From Balanoglossus misakiensis (Eukaryota; Animalia; Hemichordata), in assembly GCA_040954595.2 (NCBI GenBank), contig CM082578.2, forward strand, positions 5,252,831 to 5,316,830: 64,000 nt of DNA, in the 5' to 3' direction. The position numbers were made by a program, and so were the translations under genes. The notes under the pieces are model-generated. The model made no database searches and was not told the origin of the DNA. It worked only from the letters and a program-made list of their open reading frames with translations. This document shows positions 27,317 to 41,082 of this stretch, one piece after another; position 1 is the first letter of the stretch; each line of letters opens with the position of its first letter.

Positions 27317-30092
27317 CTTGGTGACACTGGAATATTTTCTGCAATTTTCGACATGCGTGCACATTATTTTATTTTATTCCCCGTTTAATTTTATAAACAT
27401 TTCCTAGTTCCCTGGGCTCCTGATGTACTTGTTCCACAGTATTTGCACGACAACGATTTACCAAAATCCGTCCGATTGCTAGGTTTTATAATTTGAATGG
27501 ATATTCGTTTTAATCGGAAACCGACTAGTGACGAGCAGGTAACCCTTGCGACATGCGTGCACATAATTTATTTTGCCAGCCTCGTGTTCCCCGTTTAATT
27601 TGATAAACATTTCATAGTTCCCTGGGCTCCTGATGCATTTGCGACAACGATTCACCGTCCGATTGCAAGGTTTTATAATTTGAATGGATATTCGTTTTAA
27701 TCGGAAAACTATATATTGTGACTAGTGACGAGCAGGTAACCCTTCAGATCCAGGAAGGTCTATAGAAATGCAATCCCACTCTAGCCAGTGATTCGAACAT
27801 TACCGCACATTTCAACAAGTCCCGGGAGTTTTCATTATTTCTAGTCGAGCGAAAAGTGTATGATAACGCCCTCTATAGTCGGTTTCTGAGATGATGATTA
27901 TGTCGCACTCGAAGTGTGCGTGTACAAGACATTATCAAGAATCCTATATTGAGAGACCTAGATTTAAAGTAGTCAATATCTATACGTATGTTTTTGGTAA
28001 CGTTGATTTGTTGTCTGTGAACATTTTCAAAAGGTAATCAAACCCCAAGGCCAGGCAGAGTATGCGAATTTTTAAACCTACAGGCAGTTGACGATGAATA
28101 TAACTTTCTACATGTGCTTGTATATCCAAAAGATATGGACTTGAGAGCTAAATAGATTTCCGCCTATTACTTTACCCCGCCTGTCATGTACACATTCAGA
28201 TTACATGTATTACAGTATTTTCATGTACAAATAGTGCCACTTGAAAAACATTAATTAAATATATTTTTCTAACAACAAAACGTACGAGAAATCTTATCGT
28301 TGATGCATTAATGGTACCTACTGTATGATCATTTTCCATGACAGTTTGTATATTCTGGCCGGAGGCTGCGCGTACTGAAAAAACCCGAAATACTTATTTC
28401 TGTACCATCCGAGGGCGCTATTTCGTTAAAAGTCGTTCAGTTGTGGCACGGACATGTGTACGGCGAGTATCTGACAAAAATGACCAATTACTGCTTGTAA
28501 TCCTACCCATTTGCGGAAAGTAATCCCCAACACAATACCTCGCCTGTCAAAACACACGCATGAAATTGTTTTACAAAATCAAAGAATGGCCATATAATAG
28601 TTAAAACTACGGTAAATTGTATTAATTGGGTAAACTTATCAATCCTCTCATCAGTCACGGTGTATCCCACAATAACACATGATAATGCGTACAATTTCAA
28701 CTACGATGTAATCTCAGAAAACGCCCCAAAAGACACAGAAGATCGCTACAAATGGGCAAATTGGACAGCAGCATCCATAAAAAAGAATAAAAAATCAAAA
28801 CGTTGCAAAGATTGGACAAATATATGTAAAGTGTACCCAAGGAACACACAAACTAATTTCCAAGGATATTTGCCGAGTACTTTTTGAGTTTTAATATTTG
28901 ACAATTTTCATGAGAAATTCACTTTGTCCAAATATGGGCAAGGTTTTACCCATTGGAACACAGACTGTTTGCACAATTAATTTGTTAAGTTGCCAATGTT
29001 TAGCACAGCTTACAGCAATAGGTATAGTTCAAATAGTGCTTTACTCTATAAGAAGTTGTTTCGCCTTTGTTAAAGGTGCGCGGGGCTTGGGGGCATTGTC
29101 ATAATGGTGTTAGCGTAGACACAGAAGTTTCCCTGAATCAACTTAGGACGTCTTTATAAGTATTTAGTGTGATTGCATTTGGGACAGTTCACATGGTTCA
29201 CTCAATATTTGGCATAACACAAGCTGCAGAGTAATTGATGCTGAAAGCCTATACCAGAGGTTTAGCTTTTAACTATCGCAGACAATGAACATTTTCGTGT
29301 TGATTGATTGGTTGCATGATTGATTGATGCGATTAAGATCCAGCTTTTACTCTAACATGCCTTGGCGATTAAACTACTATATTTGGAGCAGTTTTCACAC
29401 CGACATACTGGTAATTATCAAATGGTGTGTTATTTTGGTAATATCCAGCCTTTTATTGCAAAAAGGCACGACACGCTGACCAATTATTGTAGTTACAACA
29501 AACCCATACAAACCTTCAACACTCTTGAGATAATTCTAATAATTATACCAATATGCGTGCATGCATACATACATACATACATACATACATACATCGATTA
29601 TATAATACACAAAACAGTATTAATGTTATTTCACTGCTCATACAAATGTTAGATTTTATTGTAATCCAGAAATATGAATTGTTGAAGACACTGTATATCG
29701 GTATTGTTTTCCCATATGTTTTTTTGTGAGTCGACTTAACCATTTTACCTCGTTTCCCTGTATGCAGGCCCAAATGGGTATTGTTATATTGCTTGGTAGT
29801 GTAATATGCAACTGATTGGTTTTGGAACATGTATATTTGGTTTTGTTGAAATCTTGTATAGGGCATTGTTATATCTATTACCGAATCATTCTCGACTGTA
29901 AATAAAAAATTAGTGAATTAAGTGGTGCACTGGGAAATTGTGTAACGTGGCAGGTCGTCTGTCTCGAAACCAGTTCCATATAAACCCCATATTTTCTGCC
30001 AATCAACATTAAAACTATCCAACACCCGACAGCGCACACCACGGCTCTAAATCTAGTTTTTGCACCTGAAATACTCGCAAGTAACCGGAAAG

Positions 30093-31725
30093 ATGAAGAC
30101 TAGCGTATGTTTTATGCTCATAATGGTCTGCCTGTGCCAATTCGTTGTCAAGGTACGTTTATACGTATGTACATAGTTTAGAGACTTCCAACATTTGTAT
30201 CAACATATGTTATTTCTATTTTGTCCGGCATGTGTCTAACTTATGAACTGAATGTTAGGCTTCATAGGCGCGACGATAATTCGAGACCAGCATGTAGTTT
30301 CTTATTGAAAAAATGTAAATGATTGCAAGATAAATTAGAAGAGGCGGCAATGTAGAAACCGCTGGCCGTTTAAATCTACCAGCTTCTTTCCAGTGTACTA
30401 GTGTTCAAAAGAAATTCCCGACTTTGGTTTCGAAGTTGTACTTCCTGATTCACGAATAAATTAACTAATCTGCGCAGTATCGGTTATTAAAACAGATCCG
30501 ACATTTCCCAACAGTACCGTTCCGCAACTAAAACTACAACACGACTGGAAATACATTATGATTATTATTAAGTAGTGGTAGGTCAATGAGTATTTCTGTC
30601 TGTCCCAGAGCTGATTGAAAGAAGTTGCTTGTCATACTCATATCTGTTTTAACAGGCAGTTTTTGGTCAAAAACCAGTTTTTCCAGCACTGCTTGTAAAA
30701 TTGCTATGACACATGACACTTGATTGGCACAGTTAGTTTTTTACATTTCCATAACTGTATATAGTTGTGTCATATCTGCTTGCCAAAGTTGCCTGTGATT
30801 TTAATTCTGGTGTATACCTATATTTCTGTGTTATCCCTAAATGGGACCACAGTGTCCTTGACGCTATTTTTTCTTATATTTTAGGTATTGGCCGAGGATG
30901 ATTGCGGTAAGTCAAAGATAATGGACTATGGGTCACTCACTGTCTTATAGGGTATGAGTATCTATTCTCGTTCCACTAAATTTCAAAATATCTCCTTCCG
31001 CCTACTTCTGAACAAAAAGGACATCGGTTTGAAAAAAATGAACCAAAGCACCCCAAACACGCACACCATTTACAAAATCTACGAGACATAATTTCTCGAT
31101 GCTGTTACAATCAGATCAATACTGACTTGATCAGGGGTAACTTCTTCAACATCCCAAGGTGAGACACGGATCCACATTTGGAATACCCTGTATGAACAAG
31201 TTCTAAAACAGAATAACACTTGAGTTTTGTGTCAGCATTTGATATACGTATTCCATATTTAATATTGATATTGTCATAGACCCATGTCAAGTCAATCTAT
31301 GTGGTAATGGAGGCCAGTGTCAGGCTGTGCAGGATTCATGTACTGATTTTGTGTGCATATGCTATTCTTGCTATACGGGTCAGTACTGTGAAACAGGTAT
31401 GTTACTTTTTTAAATTGGTTGTTTATCTAAACGAACTCACTTGTATACTAGTAATGATATCTAAACGGTCCATCAGCAAGTATGTATGTATGTATGTATG
31501 TATGTATGTATGTATGTATGTATGTATGTATGTATGTATGTATGTATGTATGTATGTATGTATGTATGTATGTATGTATGTATGTATGTATGTATGTATG
31601 TATGTATGTATGTATGTATGTATGTATGTATGTATGTATGTATGTATGTATGTATGTATGTATGTATGTATGTATGTATGTATGTATGTATGTATGTATG
31701 TATGTATGTATGTATGTATGTATGT

Positions 31726-31787
<62 letters not shown>

Positions 31788-32246
31788 GTGTATGTACATG
31801 TATGTAATGTAAATTCCCTGAAAGATTGCACAAATTGTGTTCGAAAAGAATTTGACTAAAAGCAACGTGAGTCATGAACGTTAAAGCCTTGTAATTACAT
31901 TGAGTATGTCAATGACTAGTAATGCTGTTAAACTTTCTTCTCACACAGTGTTCGATCCATGCGAAAACAACCCGTGCCAAGATGGAGCTTCTTGTAGTCC
32001 CTTGCCAGGGTCATGCATCCAATACGAATGTAATTGTAAGTATCGAACAAGACTAAAAATGGTGATTTTCACCAGTTACCAATAAACAAGAAGATGTTGA
32101 AAGAAACAGTTGGTTGCACTGCTAAGACTACAATTCTAGTGACTAAATATGATAGGACTCCGTGAGATTGCATGATGGATAAATGTAATGACGACTGCAA
32201 TCCTTGGGTATTTTTCAAATCAATTTGGTCTTGTTTTTCTTCAGAG
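30093..32246 (+). CDS. Small secreted cysteine-rich EGF-like peptide, copy 2
   Basis: Exons 30093-30152, 30885-30906, 31949-32035 and 32245-32289 (T|AG stop). Differs from copy 1 at 3 residues (A/V, I/F, E/Q). TATAAA at 29979-29984. Confidence 0.7.
31480..31806. repeat. Compound (TATG)n(TG)n microsatellite, paralogous to 23704-23954
   Basis: Direct observation. Confidence 0.97.
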
Positions 32247-34133
32247 ATGGAGCTAGACCATTGTGAAATTCATGAAGTCTTCGTCTGAGGTACGTAGGTG
32301 TTCTTTATTGCTTTGGTCTCCGAGTTTCGGAAGATTATTTTATTGATTTACAGCAGACATGGCAATATTTTTTACTATCATCGCCGATATGCTTTTGTTG
32401 CCATCGCCATCTTTGTTATTGCATTCTAAACATTTGTTCTAAACATTATTGCATGCTATTTTCCTGACAAAGTCACTACAAGTAAGGTTACACAGTAGCT
32501 TTGGCGACAATTAGGGACCGGTCATTAACCTGACTGGGGGAGGGGGTTGATATTGTTTCTGACACAAGCACATTTCTCTCGTTGACCCTACCCACATTTC
32601 ATGGACCAAAGTGAACTCGTGAAAAAAAATTCCCAGTTGTACATTATCTTGGTGTAACTAAAACCTCCACCAACCCCACTCACACATATCATGTCTACTA
32701 ATACAATTAAACGGGCATGCCCATTCCTGACCATGTGACGATACACTGTTATCACGTGGCACCCACGCATCACAGCTCACTAGGAAATATTGGCAATTGG
32801 GTGTAAAGAAATTCTTGCACGCTCGTTATTCATACAAATATGTTTGACAATGTATAGACAGACATTTGCCTTTCTGTTATTTGCTGGGCATAAACCCCAT
32901 TTCTCGTACCGTTTCTATTAACGGCATACTACACCCCCATGCGCATCAGATCTAAACGCGCATTGTTATTGTTGTAAATGAATTCAAATCCGGACTTTGA
33001 TGTATCTTAAGGTTGCTTTGACAGTTTTAATAATGTAGGGATTATACATGAAATTGCAATTGGTACACAAAACAAAAATACTGAAAAGCAGTCCAAATTA
33101 CTGCCAGATGACCTTTAATGCATGCAACCCGGTTTCTTTCAGACTCCGAAGAAGAATGATAACGTCTATCTGAGATCACGTTTACCTGAGACGCATATGT
33201 GTGGCATATCGATATATTGACATGTAGTTTCTGATTAGTAGTCATTTGTCAGGTGACGGTAATAAAACGAACATATAACAAGAAAAATGACCTCATGTTC
33301 CTTCTGCTATCAATTGATTTGAATGGCATGTCGACTATGCTATAAACCCAATACCAAACACATACAGATTTTGGACGGAATATTCAAAGATAACGTTGTC
33401 ATATATGTTCTTAATTGTGAAATGTGATTTCTGGCTGGTTTTGGAGCATCGTGCCCCGATTTCCAGAAAACAGTATTGCACACTTAAGATACAACAAATA
33501 TGTTCTCGTGTCTGTTTTTCGACATGTTGATCTGTGATTGTTGGGTGAGACGAGACGTCTTCTGAAATCGTTTCGGTCGTCTCCAGTCTCACATTTCATT
33601 TCTCTATGGCTTTTCTCGTTAATTCGTCTACCTTTCAGAGTAAACAACACTGCTACTTATGATTATTTATTTTGGAAAACCCCCACAAAACAATTCTCCG
33701 AAAACATCAATACCTATATACTTTTTCAATTTATACAAGAATATGGCACAGGTTTGTATGAATGTCTAGGCTACAAAACATTAGTAAAAGATTCCTGTCG
33801 TTCATCTAAATAATACAAACAACGAAATAACATTGTAAGAAATGGTTGGGACGGAATTATATGTATATTTTGGTGACAGTGAGTAGATACCTTTGGTCTC
33901 GACAACAACGGTCTCCTGGTAAGAGTGCTTGGGATGCACCTAAAGGAAGACAGAAAATGTTGTCTTTAAATGTATAACTGTATAAAAACTGTATAAAAGG
34001 TTACTACCCTCAACAAAAATATAAAACAAAAGGGTGGCCTTTCGTCTCTGTATTCTTCAGTAAGATTTGAAATTTCTCTGGGATAATTGTGTTTTTCTTT
34101 CATGATATTAACTATGAGCGAGTATATTGTCTA

Positions 34134-34200
34134 AAACAAACAAACAAACAAACAAACAAACAAACAAACAAACAAACAAACAAACAAACAAACAAACAAA
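34134..34200. repeat. (AAAC)n microsatellite
   Basis: Direct observation. Confidence 0.95.
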
Positions 34201-34649
34201 TGATAACATACATTATGTTAATATTGTTTGGACGGTGTCAATTTCCCTTTAGAATTCAATAAACGCGTTTAAGAGAGATAATGATATTACTGGACGGTAT
34301 TGTGAAGAGAAAATCAATGAATGTAACGTACAATTCATGTTTATAAGTTAATAGTAACTGGTAATCCGGACAGAAGAATAAACCGCTACTTTGCGAAACA
34401 AGATCTTGAAAATAGCTAGAAAATAGTTTGCATTTCATTGTTCTCCTTAATTATGTTTGTAAAAAAAACCTCAAGTCTTATATTTTACTAAAAAGATGCA
34501 AAAATAAAAAATGCAGTTTCATAGAATCATATGAACTCTTAACACTATAATCACTAAATAGTTCCAATTATGCTAGTAGCTATATCTTAATCTGGCATGA
34601 TAATGCCAATGTCGTCTGTAGAAGACTTGTCATCCCATATACTTGTTGT

Positions 34650-35557
34650 CTATTGAGGATAAAAAGTCACGTTTTGTCGTAGGTCGTCAATACCCTTTGC
34701 AATGGTCGGATTAATTTTATAAACAATATCATGGAGCTCCTGCCATGTGGGAACGCCCACATGCGCATGCTCACTCGTTTTCATTAGCCACGCATTAAGA
34801 ATTTCTTCAGCTTTTCCCTCATCATCCGGGGTACCTCTCCCATCAGCGATGGCAGTCTTGTCCACGGCGATAGCAAATTCTTGCACAATGGGTGCGATGA
34901 TCTGTGCAATGTCACGGATGTTTACCTCTTTGAGAGACTCATTCTTGGACGGAGGAGACCCTTTGCATGTTTCCAACCAAGCGCGATTTTCTGAAAACCG
35001 AATACCGAGACCATCATTTCAATTCAAATCTGAAGTAATTATTATAATATTTAAGGATTTCATGTTTTACCGACGACATTCTGATAAATTGTATGGAATT
35101 ATTTGAAGATTTTGTCGCTGACCGTCAAAAATCAAAATTATATTTCTGCACTTGATAATCGTTACGTTCATGTACAAAATGTATATTATGCATTGTGGAT
35201 ATATTTAATCCCATTTATTGCATTTTATCACTGGATTTCCGATACGGAAAGTCTGATTGCTAAGACGATGCAGCGTGCTGATTAGCCATTGGTGTATTAT
35301 GTCCCAAAAGCACAAGTTAGTCGTGAACTTGAAATAATAACCTTTAGGCCTACCTGCAGAAAACTTTGTTTCAATCGAATTCCATATCCGATCATTTGTT
35401 TCTTTTAATTCCGTGAAATCTGTCTTTAGTTTGGCAAGATCTGATGAATTAGGCTGTAATTGGGCAAGAGTCCTTTCAACATTTTCATATACTGCAAGAT
35501 ATAAAATTTGTATGGCATAACAATTTTTAACGTCCAAGAATGAGTCTCTCAAAGAGG

Positions 35558-35596
<39 letters not shown>

Positions 35597-37587
35597 ATAT
35601 TTAGTCGACAGGATGGCTTGTTAAACGTACCGGGGGCGAAAAATACATTGTACTCAGGCGGTTTATCGTTGTCTTTATCAAGCTCAAAACATCGGTTAAC
35701 ATCGCGTCGATTACATAAAAACAAACATAAATTTCTCTGTCATGTGTAGCCAATACTCATAAAAATACAGACAGAAAATCAATTTACCTCTTCTCTCTGT
35801 TTGGTTGGCACTGTCAAGGAGACGGCCGTAATTTTCTTTCAGTGCCTTTAAGTCACGCGTTAGCGATTCAGTGCTGTCCTGCAAAATCTTACGTGCATCA
35901 TGCCCCGATGATATAGCTATGAAGACAAAAATAGGTGAAATTTGGAACAAGAATAGAGAGAATTTGTATGGAGGGTGTCGATACGATGATGCAGTCAAGA
36001 AACAAAATGCCATGGAAGATACATGTATCCGACTTCGTATATTTTTAACACAGTTACAGGAAATATCGAAACATTCTTGAAGAACACGCATCTTCATAGA
36101 CCATATTCTCACAGTGCTGTAGGGTTTTTATCTGTTCCTGAATATTCTTCGTCTTCTTGTCCATGTCGTCTCGAAGCCGAGTGAACTCGGAGCTCAGGGC
36201 ATCGATTCTGGTTAATACTTCCTCTCGATTGGAGTCCATCTTGTCTATCTTAGATGACAAGTTTTGCATTTGTTGTAAAACAGCGGCCATCCCACCTAAC
36301 AATTAAAAAATCATATTTCACGTTTACCTATACATTGTAGTTGTCGTCAGTATCTGAAGAGATGTTCAGAAGCGATAATTTATCCTACATTCAAGGATAC
36401 CTGCTGTGTACAGTACGTAAAAACTATTTCTCTTATATCACTTGTGTTAAATAGATATGTTACTTAATGTTAGTTGAAAAATATACTTTAAAATGACACT
36501 CACTGTTTACCTATTTCCTCGTTACAGACATATGAATGTCAATCTTTTCTTAATAAATTGAAGTCGAAATGGGTTCATTTAAATCCTCTGAAGGGGTAGG
36601 TCAATGTATATTTAAGTATAATAGACACTGACGGGGATTCACAAATGCAGTTGTACAAGATAAACGGTAAAGTGTGGTACCTAGACAAAAACATTGCCTC
36701 GTCCAGGGGTCCGAATCGCAGCTATTGGACAAGTGGATTTTGAGTGGAAGATATCGGCAGATTTTTATCAAAACCAAAATTAGTCCTCCTAAATATATTA
36801 CACATTTTAATCATAATTTGAATAAATCTGACTAAAGTCATCTACAGGGACCTATGTTAAACAAATAAATTCCACAAATAGGGGGTAAAGCAAATAAGCT
36901 TCTGTTGGAACACGGTCGAGAAAAGTTATTTTTAATCCTAGGTAAATATATTTTTCTTTTAAAATGCCGTTTCGTTATTTAGTTATTATTTGATCTCACC
37001 ATGTGGATTTTCTCTTGAAAAGCGTTCTCTGTCCAATGTTTCCAGCATCGCGTTATGGTGACCTGTTGCCTTCAATGCGTCATATAGTATAGTGTAGCCA
37101 TTGACTGTTCTTTTGAAAATCACTAAAAGATGCTCTACTCGCCCAACTTCTCCTCTCAGCTGTGAAAAATATGAGAATCTCAATTAGCACATACAAGTAA
37201 TTAATTGAACATGATAACCTTCATACATCAAGCATGACTCATATTATTGAGTCGGTTGTTACTTCAGATGTCCCTATTAACGTCTTGCAGATTGCTAGGC
37301 TTTTCGTTTGTATTGGTCAAACATAGAGACGGCAAGCATTTACCTATGTCAGGTATACTCATTGAGTATTATGGTTTAATCCTCTCTCAAGACTTTCCAT
37401 CAAACCACCTCGTATACAGTGGACTTCTAAAACCAGCATCATTACTTACTTTTAAAGCTTGATCATCTGTGATTGTTATTACATCTTGATGTTTTCTTCG
37501 GGTGTACTCGATAACCTTCGTCGTTTGTAAATTGGTGATGAAGAATTGTTTATTGGCATCCACGATTTCTTTCTGAACGGTATTCAT
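34650..37587 (-). CDS. CARD / coiled-coil / death-domain adaptor protein (RAIDD/CRADD-like architecture), paralog A
   Basis: Exons 37587-37450 and 37159-37000 (CARD-like: KEIVDANKQFFITNL...LLVIFKRTVNGYTILYDALKATGH); 36295-36113, 35916-35788, 35491-35354 (heptad-rich); 34990-34650 (DD-like: IRDIAQII...KAEEILNAWL...PTWQELHDIV). All phases are compatible. A short linker exon between 37000 and 36295 is unresolved. Confidence 0.75.
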
Positions 37588-37626
37588 ATTGATGGGATGA
37601 TTGACAGCCTCGTGTATCTAGTTATT

Positions 37627-37840
37627 TGGGGAGAGACAAATACACAGAAAGAGAGGGGAGGGAGAATGAGGGCAAGAGAGGGAGTAGGAGAGCAAGGGAG
37701 GGGGAGAGAAGGAAAGAGAGGAGAGAGAGAAAAGAACGACAGGGGAGAGATGAAGTGGAGACAGACAGAAAGACAGACGGACGGACATGCATATATAGAT
37801 GGATAGAGAGAGATACAGACATGTAGACACAGGGAGAGAA
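37627..37840. repeat. GA-rich low-complexity tract
   Basis: Purine-rich run just upstream (on the minus strand) of the acceptor at 37618-37619. Confidence 0.8.
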
Positions 37841-40800
37841 GATAATATTAAGTTTCGGTGTAACAGCGCGGTTGAACGTCTTTCAATATGTTGAACTATT
37901 TCCTCGTTACAGGCCTATGAATATCTTTCTTAATAATTTGAAGTCAAAATGGGTTCATTTTAAAGCTCTGAAGGGATAGATCGATGTGTATTAAACGGGA
38001 CATTAGCTGTAACTTTTGGCTCTATTTCCAGTATCTTTGTTATGTGTATCAAATGCAATTTCTTACTCTATCACAAACAGCATGGTAATATACCCAGTAC
38101 TCCACTTGTTAACATAACCTCAATGTGTGTAACAGCCATTGTTATTGTTGACAAATGTATTCTACTCCGGACATGAATTCAAATTTTGCACATATAACAA
38201 TGCTCACTATATACATTTATGTAGCTACATGCTGGTATATCGCCATGTTTCAGCAATTTGAACAAGAAACTGCAGTGCATACACAAAACAAGCTGGACAA
38301 TTGGACAAGCTGTTTCTGAGCTAGAAGATTTTTATTTTGACCAAAATGAGCAAATATATTGTCCCCAAAATTATAGTTTTGAAAAATACTTAGATCATTT
38401 CCAGGGACCTGCCACACCAATCCCGAAAGTAATATTGCCAGCAGTTTTTTTCATCAGCAGTCAATTGCAGACAAACAGACGGAGAAAAGGAGGACAGATG
38501 ACGAGGGACATACAAGCTATTAAGCTCCGCGTTGCTGACAGATGACTTAACATAGCTCATATGACACGATTGAAATCAAAGTGTACAAAACTTTATGGAG
38601 GCGAACTATTAGACTGTGTGGGTGGTTAAATTTTAGGTATCTATGGCTACCCTGTTGATCGTGCAAATCTGAAGTATGAGTGGGCGAGTTAAACTAACGA
38701 TCCAGCGATTAAATGGTTGTACGCTCAGAGGGTCTGCCGGGTCGTAACCTCTACAAACGAGTCACACGTACACAACCATCGACGAAACCGAAACGTGTCT
38801 TATTATATTAAATAGGTATAAAACAATATATGACATTGCCTAGTTAAACGTCACGGTCTTAAATCTGGAACAGCTACACGGATTTATGGCAAAAGTTGAA
38901 CAGCAGTTTGCTATAAAGGAAAACGTTAAAACTACTAGTGAAGTGTAAAGAATAGCAATTCACGTCACCAAAGTTATCATTTACTAGTATGTCTTTCGCT
39001 GTTACAGCTTTGTAGCATTCGGTGCATTAAAACGTTAAACTATCGCGTTGTACTCACATTTACAGTTTTATCATTTCCTTGTGTCGCCCACTGGTGTAAA
39101 ATGGTGTAGAAATCAGTCTGTCAGGTGCTGCAGTTTCTTGTCCAGGTACTCCTACAAAAATGGCGACTATCTCATAAAGTCACATGACTAAAAGAAGTCC
39201 GTATCAGTGCTCCTCGCTACCTATGCTATATCCTACATATCATTTTGGAATGAAATGATCTCGTTTGTTCCTCCTACATTATCGATTATGTCTGTTTGCC
39301 AGGCGATAAAGATATGTTGTCACCTCTAATTTTCATATACATATATATGGTCGAAACGAGTGTCCAATGAACATATGGTGGCGCACCCACTGGTGCCACT
39401 CACTTGAAAATTGTAATTGGCCATACAAATGTATTTCGATTTTTCATAGTAAAAGTGGTTAGGTTTTTATAGTTGACTGTACACCTTTAACTATAACATA
39501 TTGCCCATCGTGTTAAACGTCACAAAATTTACAATTTTTTAAAAACTTTTTTACCATTCTAATTTTATATAAACGTAACTTGTATTACCTGGCTAGCAAC
39601 CCGTTGCTACGATAATAAATACATTTTCGCGAGATCTCGCAAAATGGGGCAAATCATCTATTCTTGATTATGTATCAGTTGTTTGGCACAAAAAGTTCAT
39701 GGGCAATACTGAAGTTCAAAGATCAGGGTGCAATACAGAGCAACGCGCTCTTGGCCTGACATCGATGCGACCAGTCCTATTGGGCCACTATACGGGTGGC
39801 GCAATACTACATATGAGTTGGATGTCTTGTGACTATACACTATACAAACGTAAAATATGTTATCAGGCTGTGGACCTGGCTATGGCCGGTGACTCTAGGT
39901 CATTCAAACGAATGGATTATATAACCAAATCTCGAATAAATTCGAGAAGTTGACATTCAAATACGCTGGACTTTTGGACATTTTAAATTGCGAAATTCGC
40001 ACACTAAATGTCGATGTTGTTAGGGACACGTAGCCACGATGTAGCATGCTGTTTATTAACAAAAACTACTTCACACTATACATATATCACCGACCAAAGC
40101 CATGTTATTTGGCATCGCTATAGCAACCTATCGATTATAAGTACTGAGTAAGGGCAAGGCAGCATTGTCTGACACGACCCCTTCACCCTTCGTTGCAAAG
40201 CCTCGACACGACCCTATCATGTGAATAGCATAGGACAACAATAAAGTAGAGTGCGCCAAAGAAATGCAATGAGTACATTAGCAACGCCACTCAGTCTGCT
40301 GTGTGTGAGTCATCTCGGGGGCCTTGTTATGCATCCAAAACAGAAAGAGACCGTACAGTGACATGTATGACCTTACGTTTAAGCGTAAACTATCCTCGCG
40401 TAATCTTGCAATAAAGTTGACCAGCGGCACAGCAATTATGTGTGTTTGGCTACTCTTGTTGGCACACAGTTTGGGATTTTTAGAAAATCATTGCTATATG
40501 TAAAATGTTTTGCCATTTGTGACTTTTTAAAAGCAGTAGTAGGTTCGAAAACGAAACCTGCTGTACCACCATAGCAAGAACATCGACGCACAACACTACT
40601 CTACCGACCCCCCCCCCTTTCAAGATAAAATGGTTCAGTCACCGACAGAAGTTATGGAGTTCAGAGCACTACTGCCCAATTTGAAATAGAAATAAATGAC
40701 TCTTGATTGAACTCGGTTCAAGCTAAAGTGTTATTTTGAAGGTTGGTTTTATTTTCAGTTTTCAATAAATGACCTGGAAATATCACCTACATAAATTGTA

Positions 40801-41082
40801 CACAGTTTTTGCTATATATCAGTAATTTCAACTACTTTGTGATCATAAGATCTAGAAAGTACTGTCACAATTGCACTGTAGCAATATATTTTGTAAATAA
40901 AGATTTAATATGGTGCCATTTGCATAATTAATTGTAGTTTCGTAGAATTTAATGTATTTGATTTATAAGACCTTTAATGATATTATAATCAAAAATAGCT
41001 CTAGCCTAATTGTGTTCAGTTTCTATCAGGATTGTGTTATGTCCTTAATATCAGTCTGGTGCATGTGATGTAATCGTATCCG

